DNA of 64,000 nt, taken from an uncultured Candidatus Saccharibacteria bacterium. GTDB taxonomy: Bacteria; Patescibacteriota; Saccharimonadia; Saccharimonadales; Saccharimonadaceae. The stretch lies in NCBI GenBank assembly GCA_963548835.1, contig CAUUVO010000002.1, positions 782 to 64,781 on the forward strand, read 5' to 3'. Each line of letters opens with the position of its first letter. Position 1 is the first letter of the stretch. This document shows positions 30,206-40,697 of the stretch, in pieces. The notes beneath the pieces were generated by a model. The model worked only from the letters and a program-made list of their open reading frames with translations, was not told where the DNA came from and searched no databases. The translations under genes and the position numbers were made by a program.

Positions 30206-31197
30206 CAAAGGCAAAGACAAGGAAAAAACCCGTATCTTCAAGGGAAGCAGTTCGTATCAAACAGCGCCGGCGCGGCTGGTTGACGTTTGTCAGAATGTGC
30301 CGCTACGGCATCAATAGTTTTAGCCGCAATGCTTGGCTGACGGTTGCTGCTACTGCGGTGATGAGTATTACGCTTTTGATCGTTTTTATGACGATGTCCG
30401 CCCGCCAAATTTTATTAGACACGGCATCCAATATCTCTAAACAAGCCGATATGTCGATTTACCTAAAGGGCGATACGCCGGAAAAAGAAATTAACGCTAT
30501 TAAGTCGCGGATTGCCAAATTGGATAATGTGGTTGGTGTAAAATACGTTTCTGCCGAGGAGGCGCGCGATCAGCAAGCCAAGCAGTATGAGGACGACCCG
30601 GAGGCATTGGAGGCTATTAAAGAATCCAGCAATGAAATGTCGGCGACGCTGCGAGTCTCGGTAGAAGATTTGAATAATCAGAAATCTCTGGAGAATTTTA
30701 TTAAAACTGACAAATTGTATAAAAAATACAAAGATCCGCGCCAAGAACCGTCGTTTAGCGGCGACCGCCAGCAGGCGCTGAAAACCGTTGGCGACTGGGT
30801 GCATTTGGCAAGTATTGGCGGTTCAATTGCCACTGTGGTGTTCGTGGTGATTTCTTCGCTGGTCGTTTTTAATACGATTCGCATGGCAATCTTTAACCGG
30901 AAAGACGAGATTCAAATGATGAAGCTAATCGGCGCTGAAAGGAGTTTTATCCGCGGGCCGTTTATCGTAGAAGCGGTAATGTACGGGTTTATCGCGGCAA
31001 TTATCGCGACGATCGCCGGCTATAGCTTGTTATTCTTCGTTCGCGAGCCGATGACCAGATACGGCATTCCGGCAGAGGGCTTGCTTAGCAGCCTAACTAT
31101 GTACGTCGGCTTGGTACTTTTGGCGATGATTGTCATCGGTGCATTTATCGGCGTAGTCTCCTCATGGATTGCCACGCGCAAATATTTGAAGTTGTAG
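30202..31197 (+). CDS. ftsX: cell division permease FtsX
   Basis: NTIRMAIFNRKDEIQMMKLIGA..FIRGPF. Confidence 0.92.
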   Translation: MTKAKTRKKPVSSREAVRIKQRRRGWLTFVRMCRYGINSFSRNAWLTVAATAVMSITLLIVFMTMSARQILLDTASNISKQADMSIYLKGDTPEKEINAIKSRIAKLDNVVGVKYVSAEEARDQQAKQYEDDPEALEAIKESSNEMSATLRVSVEDLNNQKSLENFIKTDKLYKKYKDPRQEPSFSGDRQQALKTVGDWVHLASIGGSIATVVFVVISSLVVFNTIRMAIFNRKDEIQMMKLIGAERSFIRGPFIVEAVMYGFIAAIIATIAGYSLLFFVREPMTRYGIPAEGLLSSLTMYVGLVLLAMIVIGAFIGVVSSWIATRKYLKL

Positions 31198-31291
31198 TTT
31201 TGGTCTAAAAAAAGAGTGCTTGCTATAGGGTTTTCTTAAAGTGGTTCAAATCCTGTTGACAGCGTTATCATGCTTGTGCTAACATATAGGT

Positions 31292-32428
31292 ATGAAATTA
31301 CGGTCCACCACACCAATTTCAGATTCATTAGCCAGCAGGGCAGCCCTGGTGGCGGTGGCTGTGTTGGTTGCAGGCTCAGGTGTTTTCGCCTTGGGTTCGC
31401 ATGTTTTTGCTCGTGATTACGAGGCAGAAATCAAAGCAAAAGAACAAGAAGCCAGCAAATATAATTCCGAGGCGTCTCGTTTGGGCGAAATGGCGGATAA
31501 TTTGCAATCTGAGCTGGATAAAATAAATGGCCAGATTACCACTATTCAGGGGCAGATAGTTGACAGTCAAAAGAAAATAGACAATCTGAATGCGCAGATA
31601 AAGAGAAATGAGATATTAATAAAGCAAAGGCGCAAGGCGATGGGCCAGGTCCTGGCGGATATGCATGTTGATGATCAGATCTCGCCGTTGGAGATGCTGG
31701 CCAGCTCAAATAGCATAGGAGATTACATTGATAAGCAAGAGCAGCGCAGTTCGCTGAGGACATCGCTGAACGGCAAGATCAAGGAAATTAAGGCACTCCA
31801 AAAGAAATTGGAAGAGAATAAAAAACTAGTCGAGAATACGCTTAGAGACCAAGAAGCGCAGCGCAATGTTCTGTCGTCCAAACAGTCAGAGAAAGCTAAA
31901 CTGGTTGCCGATACTAAGAACGACCAAAACGCTTATTCGGCACTAGCGCAAAAGCGTAATAGCGAGGTCGCTAAACTTCGCGAGGAGCAGGCAGCTGCCA
32001 ACCGGCGCGCTCTTGGTAATGGCGTATCAATCCCAGGCGGTATTCCAGGCGGCGGCGGTTATCCGGGTGTTTGGGCGAATGCACCGCTGGATGCTTATGT
32101 TGATCCGTGGGGACTATTTACGCGCGAATGTGTGAGCTATGTGGCTTGGAAAATCCATAGCACCGGTCGGTACGTGCCGCATTTTGGCGGCGCGGGTAAC
32201 GCTAATCAGTGGCCATCAACGGCAGCGCGTCATGGTATTTCCAGCGGCTCGACGCCAAAAGCAGGCGCCGCGGCAGTGATGAACATCGGTTATTACGGTC
32301 ATGTTATGTATGTTGAATCGGTTAATGGTGACGGTACAATTACAGTGAGCGACTACAACTTTGCTTGGGATGGATTATATCGGAATTATACGCGTTCAGC
32401 CTCTGGCCTGACATACATTTATTTCTAA
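31292..32428 (+). CDS. coiled-coil + CHAP peptidoglycan hydrolase (PcsB/CwlO-like)
   Basis: Signal/TM, long coiled coil, ECVSYVAW, GNANQW, GHVMYVE; after ftsEX. Confidence 0.9.
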   Translation: MKLRSTTPISDSLASRAALVAVAVLVAGSGVFALGSHVFARDYEAEIKAKEQEASKYNSEASRLGEMADNLQSELDKINGQITTIQGQIVDSQKKIDNLNAQIKRNEILIKQRRKAMGQVLADMHVDDQISPLEMLASSNSIGDYIDKQEQRSSLRTSLNGKIKEIKALQKKLEENKKLVENTLRDQEAQRNVLSSKQSEKAKLVADTKNDQNAYSALAQKRNSEVAKLREEQAAANRRALGNGVSIPGGIPGGGGYPGVWANAPLDAYVDPWGLFTRECVSYVAWKIHSTGRYVPHFGGAGNANQWPSTAARHGISSGSTPKAGAAAVMNIGYYGHVMYVESVNGDGTITVSDYNFAWDGLYRNYTRSASGLTYIYF

Positions 32429-32446
32429 AATAGCCTCTATTAACAT

Positions 32447-32473
32447 AAAACGCTCGCGCTAACCGGGCGTTTT
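32447..32473 (+). terminator. Rho-independent terminator
   Basis: AAAACGCTCG...CGGGCGTTTT. Confidence 0.65.
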
Positions 32474-32491
32474 GTTGTATAATGTAATGAT

Positions 32492-33664
32492 ATGACGGAG
32501 AGAAAAAAAAGCCAGTCGGTTCAGTTTTTGGCAGTGATTATCGTGGCCATTGTTAGCTTCGCGGCGGGGACTCGCTATGAAACAATTTTTGCGGCAGCCG
32601 CGCCGATGTTTGGGATGCGCGCGTCTAATAAAACGATCGATTTGTCTAGCGTTCAAGAAACGTACCAGCAACTGGCGGCAAATTATGACGGCAAACTGGA
32701 TACGCAAAAGTTAATTTACGGTGCCAGCCGGGGTTTGGTGGCTGCTGTCGGCGATAAACATACATCGTATATGGATCCGGAAGAATCTGAGGAGTTTAAG
32801 AAGTCGCTAAGCGGTAATATCGGCGGCGGCATAGGCGCAGAGATTGGTTTAAGGAATAATAAACCTACAATTATCAAGCCGTTAAACGACAGTCCAGCGC
32901 AAAAAGCGGGCATAAAGGCTGGCGAAGTGATTATGAAAGTGAACGGCGAGGAAGTTGCTGATTGGGGTGTTGATAAAGTTGTCGATAAGATTCGCGGCGA
33001 AATTGGCACGTCGGTTAAGTTGACGCTGCAGAACGGGCAGCAAATCCACGAGGTCTCCGTGGTGCGGCAAAACATTACCGCGCCGGCAGTGGAGTCGAAA
33101 ATTAACGGTAAAATTGGTATTTTGACAGTTAGCAGGTTTAATGATGACACGGTCAGCGCTGCCAGAAAAGCTGCCCGGGAATTCATTGACAGGGGCGTGA
33201 CGAAGGTGATTGTGGATTTGCGTAATAATCCTGGCGGGACAGTTGATTCGGCGCAGGGTTTACTGGGATTGTGGCTGAATGACCAAGTTGTTTTGACGGA
33301 ACGGCGCGGTTCGGAGACGGTCAAGACCTTAAATTCGACTGGTTCGCCGATTTTAGAGAATATGCAGACGGTAGTGCTGATTAATGAGAATAGCGCCAGC
33401 GCCAGCGAGATTACAGCAGGAGCGCTGCGCGATTATGGCAAGGCAAAATTAGTCGGTAAAAAAAGTTATGGCAAGGGCAGCGTACAGGTGGTACTTGATT
33501 TGGCTAGCGGTTCGCAACTAAAAGTCACCGAGGCGCGCTGGTATACGCCAAAGGGCAAGAATATCGATAAGGAAGGTATTAAGCCTGATGTGGAAGTGGA
33601 ATTGACAGCGGACGATGTGAAGAACGATAAAGATCCGCAACTGGAAAAAGCCAAATCTTTATAA
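32492..33664 (+). CDS. S41 carboxy-terminal processing protease
   Basis: PDZ GGIGAEI, DLRNNPGG, SASASEI, GKGSVQ. Confidence 0.94.
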   Translation: MTERKKSQSVQFLAVIIVAIVSFAAGTRYETIFAAAAPMFGMRASNKTIDLSSVQETYQQLAANYDGKLDTQKLIYGASRGLVAAVGDKHTSYMDPEESEEFKKSLSGNIGGGIGAEIGLRNNKPTIIKPLNDSPAQKAGIKAGEVIMKVNGEEVADWGVDKVVDKIRGEIGTSVKLTLQNGQQIHEVSVVRQNITAPAVESKINGKIGILTVSRFNDDTVSAARKAAREFIDRGVTKVIVDLRNNPGGTVDSAQGLLGLWLNDQVVLTERRGSETVKTLNSTGSPILENMQTVVLINENSASASEITAGALRDYGKAKLVGKKSYGKGSVQVVLDLASGSQLKVTEARWYTPKGKNIDKEGIKPDVEVELTADDVKNDKDPQLEKAKSL

Positions 33665-33706
33665 TGCTTGTGTTTTTTATCGATAACCGTTAAAATTAAA
33701 AGTATT

Positions 33707-34096
33707 ATGAATGGGAGCGGTCAGAAAAAAAAGATCTTATTAGTAGAAGATGAAATGGCACTGTCGGCGGTTTATCGTTCAAGGCTTGAGCTTGAGGGTT
33801 TTGACGTCAGGGAAGTCCATAATGGCGAGGATGCTTTATCAGCGACAGTGGAATATCGTCCGGATTTGATTTTGCTCGACGCAATGATGCCGAAGATTAG
33901 CGGCTTTGACGTGCTGGATATTTTGCGCAACACGCCAGAGACTGCCAATGTGCGGATTATCATGTTAACAGCGCTTAGTCAGCCAAAAGACAAGGAGCGC
34001 GCTGAGAGCTTGGGTGTTGATGATTATCTGGTGAAATCGCAGGTAGTTATTAGCGATGTGGTGTCTCGCATTAAGTATCATCTGGGCCTAGATTAA
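33707..34096 (+). CDS. stand-alone response regulator receiver
   Basis: ILLVEDE, PDLILLDAMMP, IIMLT, DYLVK. Confidence 0.9.
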   Translation: MNGSGQKKKILLVEDEMALSAVYRSRLELEGFDVREVHNGEDALSATVEYRPDLILLDAMMPKISGFDVLDILRNTPETANVRIIMLTALSQPKDKERAESLGVDDYLVKSQVVISDVVSRIKYHLGLD

Positions 34097-34176
34097 GGCA
34101 TTTTGGCATTTGACTGGGGCATATGTTTGTTGTGCCGTAGTTGACTTTTCGCTTATGTTTTGCTATAATTAACATT

Positions 34177-35100
34177 ATGATAGAAATGTTTCCAGGTCGG
34201 TATCCAGCTGGAGATCAAAAACAAGAAATACCAAAAACAGAACATCCGGCAGACGGTGAATCTCAGGCTGATGGTTTGCCGGCGGTTAATCCGGAAGCGT
34301 TGCGGGAAGATGGGGGTGTAATTTCGGGTTGTATGGGAAATTTGGCTTTGGAGACATCTGGCGTGGCGTCTCCGGAAAGCGATAAATCTACTACTGCGGA
34401 AATTGCGGCGCGCGATAGTTCTGATTCTCCAAAGGAGAAATTGTCGCCTGCGGAGGAGTTACGAGCAAGGCTGGCTCGAGCTGGCAAAAAGGAGGCTACT
34501 GCTATTCCAGAGGATCCAGAGGAAGCCCGCGCTTATTTATTAGCAGCGTTAAGGGGTGGAGGCAAAGAATCGCCAGATGCAAGTTCTCAGCCGCCTGAAA
34601 AAGCGGTAAAAACAGGCGAATTTAATGATCAGCCAGAAGCAAACACGCAGGGCGATGAACAGCAGCCGGAAATGAATAGCGAAAAGCTTAGGGAATTGAT
34701 AGACAACTGTTTGCAGGCAGCGCAGTCGGCGAGAGAGGGCTTGAATAAGGCTATGCAAAGTATAGATACAGCGGGAAGCGTGTCGCTTGATGGTTTTCAG
34801 GCAGGTTTGTCGTTTGCTGACGGTAATCTTAATCAAGTTGGCAATACAGCTCAGGTACTTGAGAAGATTGCTCCGCAAAATAAAATAGATCTACTTGGCA
34901 ATTCAGTTAACGAAGTCCAGCTAAGAATAAGATCACTGGATGCGGATGTACGATCCGGGGAGAATGTTGATAGGGGCTATTTATCAAGATTATTAGAGCG
35001 TGTTGATGAAATGGTTAGATTTGTAGCAGAACTAAGAGACCGCCAGGATCAAGACAGGCGTGAACAGGCTGAAGAGGGTGATGATTCCTCGCTAGATTAA
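34177..35100 (+). CDS. orphan acidic protein (disordered N-terminal half, helical C-terminal half)
   Basis: ATG 7 nt after TTGACT-17-TATAAT. Confidence 0.7.
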   Translation: MIEMFPGRYPAGDQKQEIPKTEHPADGESQADGLPAVNPEALREDGGVISGCMGNLALETSGVASPESDKSTTAEIAARDSSDSPKEKLSPAEELRARLARAGKKEATAIPEDPEEARAYLLAALRGGGKESPDASSQPPEKAVKTGEFNDQPEANTQGDEQQPEMNSEKLRELIDNCLQAAQSAREGLNKAMQSIDTAGSVSLDGFQAGLSFADGNLNQVGNTAQVLEKIAPQNKIDLLGNSVNEVQLRIRSLDADVRSGENVDRGYLSRLLERVDEMVRFVAELRDRQDQDRREQAEEGDDSSLD

Positions 35101-35182
35101 ACGGATTACAATTTTAGAAGCAAAAAGTAAATATTAAACGACCGAACTGCGTGTCCGGTCGTCTATTGTGCCTTATAGTTTT

Positions 35183-35455
35183 TTAATCTACGCAAACCTG
35201 AGTTCGCCGCTGAGTTTTGCCGGTGAACCGGGTTTTCTTGACTTTCTTAAAGTTAACTGTACCGGCTTTCGCAGCATGAATAGTGTAATTTTTACTGACA
35301 TATGTGCCGTTACCAGCAATTTTAGTTGCGCCTGTTTGGCGTACTAGCACCTGGCCAGCGTTGACTTTCTGACCGCCAAAACACTTGACGCCAAGTCTCT
35401 GACCAACACTGTCCCTTGTGTTTCTGGCTGAACCGCCAGCCTTAACTTTTGACAT
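35183..35455 (-). CDS. rpmA: 50S ribosomal protein L27
   Basis: KAGGS.RN.RDS..QRLGVK, VRQ.G. Confidence 0.95.
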   Translation of the reverse strand: MSKVKAGGSARNTRDSVGQRLGVKCFGGQKVNAGQVLVRQTGATKIAGNGTYVSKNYTIHAAKAGTVNFKKVKKTRFTGKTQRRTQVCVD

Positions 35456-35519
35456 AGCAACTCCTTAAATAGTTTTTTATAAACAATCTGTACCAGTGTA
35501 GCTAATTTGGCTTAAGTTG

Positions 35520-36854
35520 TCAAGCTTGAGGCGCGGTTTTATCAATTGTCTTTAGGACTAGTAGTTCGCGGGCGACGATCTGATCGGGGCGGCGATAGAT
35601 GAGCGGTGTGCGGTTGAGCTGATAATAGCCGAGCTGCTGGAGGTTTTTTATCAGCGGCAAATGAGCGGTCCGGCCGGACGCGTCGTACCACGCTGGCACG
35701 GCGATGCATAGCGGCGCGTTTGGAGCTAGCTGCGGACGGATATTAGTGAGGAAGCCAGTGATAATATGGTTACAGTTGCCGGCAACCTCTGCTAATTTTT
35801 GGGGCGCGGGCGGTGTGGAAAAGGGCTGGCCGAGGTAGGTTTCGCAGACGACGGCAGTGAGGTGTGTGCCGTTTGGCCAGCGGTGGGTGGTGGCGTCGGC
35901 TTGATGGATATCAATGACGTTGCCGGGTGCGGTGAACGTTGATTGCAACCACGACAGGTTCTCGGTGGTGTAATCAACCATTTTCTGGCTGAGGTCGGTG
36001 CCGACGACATCGTAACCCGCGAGCAGCGCCTCTTGCAGGACGGTGCCGGTGCCGCAGAAGGGGTCGAGGATTAGGGGGTGTCGTCTGCCAACCTCCGTGA
36101 GAGGGTCGGATTCCAGCCTCTCTGACAAGTCGATAGTTCTGTGGACGGCGTTGCCGGATGCATTCGACTTGGAGGAGATGGCTGGAATCCGACCCGTACA
36201 CGATTTTTGACCGGTCAGCGACTCGGCACCCATCGCCAAATTTAGCATAATCTGCGCTAATTTGGGCGGCAGCATGCCGACGAAGGCATCGCGCTTGGGA
36301 CGATGGCGGTCGCGGCGGGTATAGGCGGTGATATTCTGGACGCCGCGGCTTTCGGCGATGATCAGGCGGCGGTCGGTCGTTTTGACGAGTAACAGCTCGA
36401 CCTTGTGCGGCGAACTGCCGAGCTTATTGTTATGCGCGGTGGCGGTAGAGAGAGCGGGCTGGTCGTTGGGGATGAGACGGAGGCTGGTGCCGGATTTTTT
36501 CAAGGATGATTTGAGGATCAGACCGGTTTTTTGGACATCGCGGGCGGCAACGGCTAGACTATAAGCGCTGAGACCGAGGGTGATTTTATGTGGCGAGTGC
36601 GCCCACTTAGCGTGATAGTGCTGGGTGATGAAGCGCGAAGCGGCGAGGAGCGAGGCTTTATCGGTGCGGCTGGCTGGTAGCTCGGTGATCACTTTAGCAC
36701 ATTTGATGGTGCCGCCTAAGGTAGTAATATCGAATTGAGATGTTTGAACTTTGGCAAATTGCTGGCTGATACGGTTGACGCAGTCCGCGCCAAAGACCGC
36801 CGCAAGTTCGGCGAGCGAGATCTCTGGCTGGCGGCCAAGCAGAGCGATATACAT
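35520..36854 (-). CDS. Trm11/TrmG10-like SAM-dependent methyltransferase with internal insertion
   Basis: GMLPPKLAQIMLNL and ILDPFCGTGTVLQEA separated by a ~50-aa insert. Confidence 0.8.
   Translation of the reverse strand: MYIALLGRQPEISLAELAAVFGADCVNRISQQFAKVQTSQFDITTLGGTIKCAKVITELPASRTDKASLLAASRFITQHYHAKWAHSPHKITLGLSAYSLAVAARDVQKTGLILKSSLKKSGTSLRLIPNDQPALSTATAHNNKLGSSPHKVELLLVKTTDRRLIIAESRGVQNITAYTRRDRHRPKRDAFVGMLPPKLAQIMLNLAMGAESLTGQKSCTGRIPAISSKSNASGNAVHRTIDLSERLESDPLTEVGRRHPLILDPFCGTGTVLQEALLAGYDVVGTDLSQKMVDYTTENLSWLQSTFTAPGNVIDIHQADATTHRWPNGTHLTAVVCETYLGQPFSTPPAPQKLAEVAGNCNHIITGFLTNIRPQLAPNAPLCIAVPAWYDASGRTAHLPLIKNLQQLGYYQLNRTPLIYRRPDQIVARELLVLKTIDKTAPQA
36096..36202. repeat. long palindromic element inside the methyltransferase CDS
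   Basis: GGGTCGGATTCCAGCC (36103-36118) / GGCTGGAATCCGACCC (36180-36195) perfect 16-bp IR; inner CAAGTCGA/TCGACTTG. Confidence 0.88.
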
Positions 36855-36901
36855 ACCGACATTATATCATCTGTATTACCAGGCATGGTATAATAATATG
36901 G

Positions 36902-37969
36902 ATGTTACCGAGAGTTTTGAGGTCGTTAAAATCGCCGCGGATGCTGATGAGTATTTTGACGCTGTTGGTTTTGGCAATTATTATATTTTTGTCGCGCGCT
37001 GAGCTGGTTAAGGCGTGGGGCTTGTTTTTGAAAGCTGATACATTGCTATTGCTGCTGCTTATCCCGTTTCAAATTATCGTGTATTTTGCGGGTGGCGAGA
37101 TGATTTTCGTCTATCTTCGCGATAAAAAGCTAATCGGGCATATTTCACGGTTTGAGCAGACGCGGATTGCGCTGGAGCTGAACTTGGTTAATCATATTTT
37201 TCCGTCAGGCGGCGTCAGTGGTATTTCTTATACATCTTGGCGGATGCATAAACTCGGCGTCAGTTCGGCGCGCTCGACGTTTGCCCAGGTGATTCGCTAT
37301 GTGACGACTTTTTTGTCGCTGCTGATTTTGCTAGTTATAGCGGTGATTGTGCTGGCGATTGACGGACGGGTTAACCGTTACATTGTGGCGGCTAGTTTTT
37401 TGTTAATAATTTGCGTTCTGGCATTAGTGTTTGGCCTGATATTTATGTTTTCGTCAAGACGGCGCATGCGGCTAACAGCAGCGCGAGTGTCGCAGCTTAT
37501 TAACGGCGCGGTGAAAATAGCAACCTTAGGCAAGCGGAAACGAGCGCTAAGCGCTAAGGTTATCGAGGACTTTTTCGTCGATATGCAAGGCGATTTTCAG
37601 GATATAGCCAATCATCCCAAGCTGCTTGTCAAGCCGATGATCTGGGGTTTTGTCTATAATATTTTTGACGTATCGATGTTTGTTGTCGTGTTTCTGGCAT
37701 TGGGAGTTTTTGTCAATCCGGCGACTTTGATGATCGGTTACGGTGTTGCCGGGCTGGCGGGACTTGTGGCATTTACGCCGGGCGGCGCTGGCGTTTACGA
37801 AACGATCATGATTCTGTTTTTAAGTATGGCAAATACTTCGCCGGAATTAGCGATTGCCGGAATTATTTTAACGAGGGCGATTTTACTGACTGGCACGATT
37901 GTCTTTGGTTATATTTTTTACCAGCACGCATTGATTAAGTACGGCAAGCCGAATGACTCCCAGGTTTAG
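36902..37969 (+). CDS. lysylphosphatidylglycerol synthase TM-domain (flippase-like) protein
   Basis: NHIFPSGGVSG, TPGGAGVYE; many TM helices. Confidence 0.82.
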   Translation: MLPRVLRSLKSPRMLMSILTLLVLAIIIFLSRAELVKAWGLFLKADTLLLLLLIPFQIIVYFAGGEMIFVYLRDKKLIGHISRFEQTRIALELNLVNHIFPSGGVSGISYTSWRMHKLGVSSARSTFAQVIRYVTTFLSLLILLVIAVIVLAIDGRVNRYIVAASFLLIICVLALVFGLIFMFSSRRRMRLTAARVSQLINGAVKIATLGKRKRALSAKVIEDFFVDMQGDFQDIANHPKLLVKPMIWGFVYNIFDVSMFVVVFLALGVFVNPATLMIGYGVAGLAGLVAFTPGGAGVYETIMILFLSMANTSPELAIAGIILTRAILLTGTIVFGYIFYQHALIKYGKPNDSQV

Positions 37970-39044
37970 TGTCAGCAATTTCCTGGCGGTGGTTAACCAG
38001 ACGTTTGAGGTGGCTTTTAACGGCGCGGTTGAAGTTGAGGGCGAGGTTGCTAGCTTTAAGCCGTATCCGCCAAAATACGCGTTTTTCACCCTGAAGGACG
38101 AGGACGGATCGGTCAATTGTTTTGTGGGTTTTAGTAATTTGCGGACGCCAATTGAGGACGGGATGAAAGTGGTGGTTCGGGCGATGCCAAGCCTGAGAAG
38201 CGATGGCAGGTTTAATTTACAAGTTCAGAAAATTCATCCTCTGGGCAAGGGGAGTCTAAAGCGGAGTTTTGATATTTTGCGGCAGCGGCTGTCGGCTGAA
38301 GGGCTGTTTGACACGGAACGCAAGCGCCCCTTGCCGCCATATCCTGCCCGCGTGGCGGTTATTTCTAGCACCCAGGCGGCGGGCTACGCGGATTTTATGA
38401 AAATTGCTGGCGAGCGCTGGGGCGGGGTGCAGTTTATCGTTGCTAATATCAAGGTTCAGGGCGACGGCGCGGTTGATCAGGCGGTGCGGGCGATTGCCCA
38501 TTGTAATCAGCTGGCGGAGCCGCCAGAGGTGATTGTATTGATTCGCGGCGGCGGTAGCGCAGAAGATCTGGCGAGTTTTAATGACGAATGCTTGGTGCGG
38601 GCGGTGGCTGGCAGCCGTGTGCCGGTACTGACTGGCATTGGGCATGAAATTGACGAGAGTTTGTGCGATCTGACAGCTGATGTGCGGGCGGCCACGCCGA
38701 GCAATGCCGCTCAGCTGCTATTTCCGGATAAGCATGACCTGAGGCGGCAGTTAGCGCTGCGTCTGGGTAGTGTGGCAGAGGTGATTCAGCGGCAGATTAA
38801 GGAGCGGCGTCTATGTGCAACAACGTTGCAACAAGCGGCGCTCGAACAGTGGTCGCGCCGCGTCGAGATTGCCATGAATGCAACATTGTCGCAACAACGA
38901 ATTATTGCTGAGTATGACCCAGAGATGGCGCTGCGGCGCGGGTACGCGATGATTAGCGGCGACTACCAGATTGGTAATATTGTAAAGATTACAACAAAAG
39001 ATAAGATCATGAAAGCGAGGATTGAGAGTAGTGAAAAACGATAA
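37953..39044 (+). CDS. xseA: exodeoxyribonuclease VII large subunit
   Basis: EGEV..FK, FTLKD, RGGGSAEDL..FN, GIGHE.D, ATPSNAA. Confidence 0.95.
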   Translation: MTPRFSVSNFLAVVNQTFEVAFNGAVEVEGEVASFKPYPPKYAFFTLKDEDGSVNCFVGFSNLRTPIEDGMKVVVRAMPSLRSDGRFNLQVQKIHPLGKGSLKRSFDILRQRLSAEGLFDTERKRPLPPYPARVAVISSTQAAGYADFMKIAGERWGGVQFIVANIKVQGDGAVDQAVRAIAHCNQLAEPPEVIVLIRGGGSAEDLASFNDECLVRAVAGSRVPVLTGIGHEIDESLCDLTADVRAATPSNAAQLLFPDKHDLRRQLALRLGSVAEVIQRQIKERRLCATTLQQAALEQWSRRVEIAMNATLSQQRIIAEYDPEMALRRGYAMISGDYQIGNIVKITTKDKIMKARIESSEKR

Positions 39045-39240
39045 GACAAACGAAAAGACGATTGAGCAGATGATGGCGGAGCTGAACGAGAGAATTGCGT
39101 GGTTCCAGGGCGATGACTTTAATCTGGACGAGGCCAAGCAGCGGTTTATTGAGGCGCGGCAGCTGGCGAAAGACATTACGGCGGCGCTGGACGGCATGCA
39201 GCACGAAATTACAGTGCTCAGCGAGGATTTTAGCGCGTAA
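39031..39240 (+). CDS. xseB: exodeoxyribonuclease VII small subunit
   Basis: Small helical ORF overlapping xseA end, LDEA...F..A..L pattern. Confidence 0.8.
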   Translation: MKNDKTNEKTIEQMMAELNERIAWFQGDDFNLDEAKQRFIEARQLAKDITAALDGMQHEITVLSEDFSA

Positions 39241-39284
39241 CTAGGGGCTTTACATCGCCTGAAGCATAAGCTATACTTTAGGAT

Positions 39285-39944
39285 ATGAATATGAGAAATA
39301 GAAAAGAACAGGGGTCGGTTAACGGCTGGATGATTGGTACGATTGGTTGTTTGGTACTGTTTTTGATCGCCGGGTCGCTGGCAATTTGGATGTTTATGTC
39401 CTATACGCAGGAAAAAAATAATGTTGACAGTAAAATTGCTGTCGAGGTAGCCAGGGGCAAGGGCGAGCAGGCGGAAATTGACCAGAAGAAGTTTTCTGAG
39501 GAAGCGAAGAATCCGCGAATTGAGTTTGTCAGCCCGAATGAATACGGCCGCGTGTCGTTTATGTATCCAAAAACTTGGAGCGTTTATGTCGATAAAGACG
39601 GCAGCGACCGAGGCGACTATAAGGCGTATTTGCATCCGGTGTCTGTGCCTTCATTGTCAAACAAAGATAGCCGGTTTGCGTTTAGATTAGAGATAATTAA
39701 TCAGAATATGGATACAGTCTTAAAACCGTATCAGAATAAGATTAAGAAAGGCGAATTGACCGCCAGCAGCACCGAGTTTAATGGCATTGCTGCTACCAGA
39801 ATTGACGGAGCGTTCGAGAAGGATTTGCGCGGTTCGGCGGTCTTCATGAAGGTGCGCGACAAGACTATTCGCTGCTCGACCGACGCCGATACGTTTAAGC
39901 CTGATTTTGAGACTATATTAGGTACTATCAAGATTGCTGATTAG
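39285..39944 (+). CDS. membrane-anchored PsbP/DcrB-like extracellular protein
   Basis: Basic N-terminus, QG then TM helix; VSFMYPKTW motif. Confidence 0.55.
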   Translation: MNMRNRKEQGSVNGWMIGTIGCLVLFLIAGSLAIWMFMSYTQEKNNVDSKIAVEVARGKGEQAEIDQKKFSEEAKNPRIEFVSPNEYGRVSFMYPKTWSVYVDKDGSDRGDYKAYLHPVSVPSLSNKDSRFAFRLEIINQNMDTVLKPYQNKIKKGELTASSTEFNGIAATRIDGAFEKDLRGSAVFMKVRDKTIRCSTDADTFKPDFETILGTIKIAD

Positions 39945-39980
39945 GGCAAATCTGGTTTGAGTTTGCTATACTAGAAAGGT

Positions 39981-40697
39981 ATGGCAGGTAGAGAGTGGAG
40001 CGATGTTAATTTTGGAGGGCTGCCGAGCGTCTTAGTGGCGGCACATGAGCTAAAAACGCCGCTGGCTTTAATTCGGCAGATGGCGCTACTGCTGGACGAC
40101 GATTTGACAAGCTTAGCTGATAAAAAACAGATCCAACAGCGGATTATTCAGACATCCGAGCAGGCGCTGCAATTGACAGCTGATCTAGCGAATTCGGCAA
40201 ATTTGACGCCGTCATTATTTCCGCTGGAACCAGTTAATCCGTTGGCGCTATGCCAGCAAATAGCCGCGGAGACGAGACTTAACGCAGCGCTGTACGGTCG
40301 AAAGATTAGCTGGCCTCGGGGCAGGCGGAATAGCCGATTGATTTTGGCAAATCGGACATTATTGGGGCGGATTTTGGCAAATTTCTTAAACAATGCTTTG
40401 AAATATACTGAGGATGATTCAGAGATAAAAGTGTCGGTTAAGGCTGTTGGTGGCGCGGTGAGGTTAAGTGTGCGCGATTTTGGGCCGATGATGAGCCTAA
40501 GAGAATACCGGCGGCTGCTTGATGAGATGGATGCGCGAAAAACGGTGCGGACGCGGCCGGAAAGCAGCGGCTTGGGGATTTATGTGGCTAGCCAATTTGC
40601 CCGGGCGATGAATGGCCAAATTGGGCTAATCAGGCATCGGGACGGATTGACATTTTATGTGGAAATGCCGATTAGCCGGCAGCTGAGCTTGCTATGA
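39981..40697 (+). CDS. histidine kinase without sensor/TM domain
   Basis: AHELKTPL H-box, NFLNNALKY, DFGP, SGLGIY. Confidence 0.88.
   Translation: MAGREWSDVNFGGLPSVLVAAHELKTPLALIRQMALLLDDDLTSLADKKQIQQRIIQTSEQALQLTADLANSANLTPSLFPLEPVNPLALCQQIAAETRLNAALYGRKISWPRGRRNSRLILANRTLLGRILANFLNNALKYTEDDSEIKVSVKAVGGAVRLSVRDFGPMMSLREYRRLLDEMDARKTVRTRPESSGLGIYVASQFARAMNGQIGLIRHRDGLTFYVEMPISRQLSLL

Noticed and set aside
38811..39635. 274-aa minus-strand ORF and the many other antisense or alternate-frame ORFs in the track
   Set aside because: They overlap well-supported genes and show no recognisable motifs, so they are treated as shadow ORFs.
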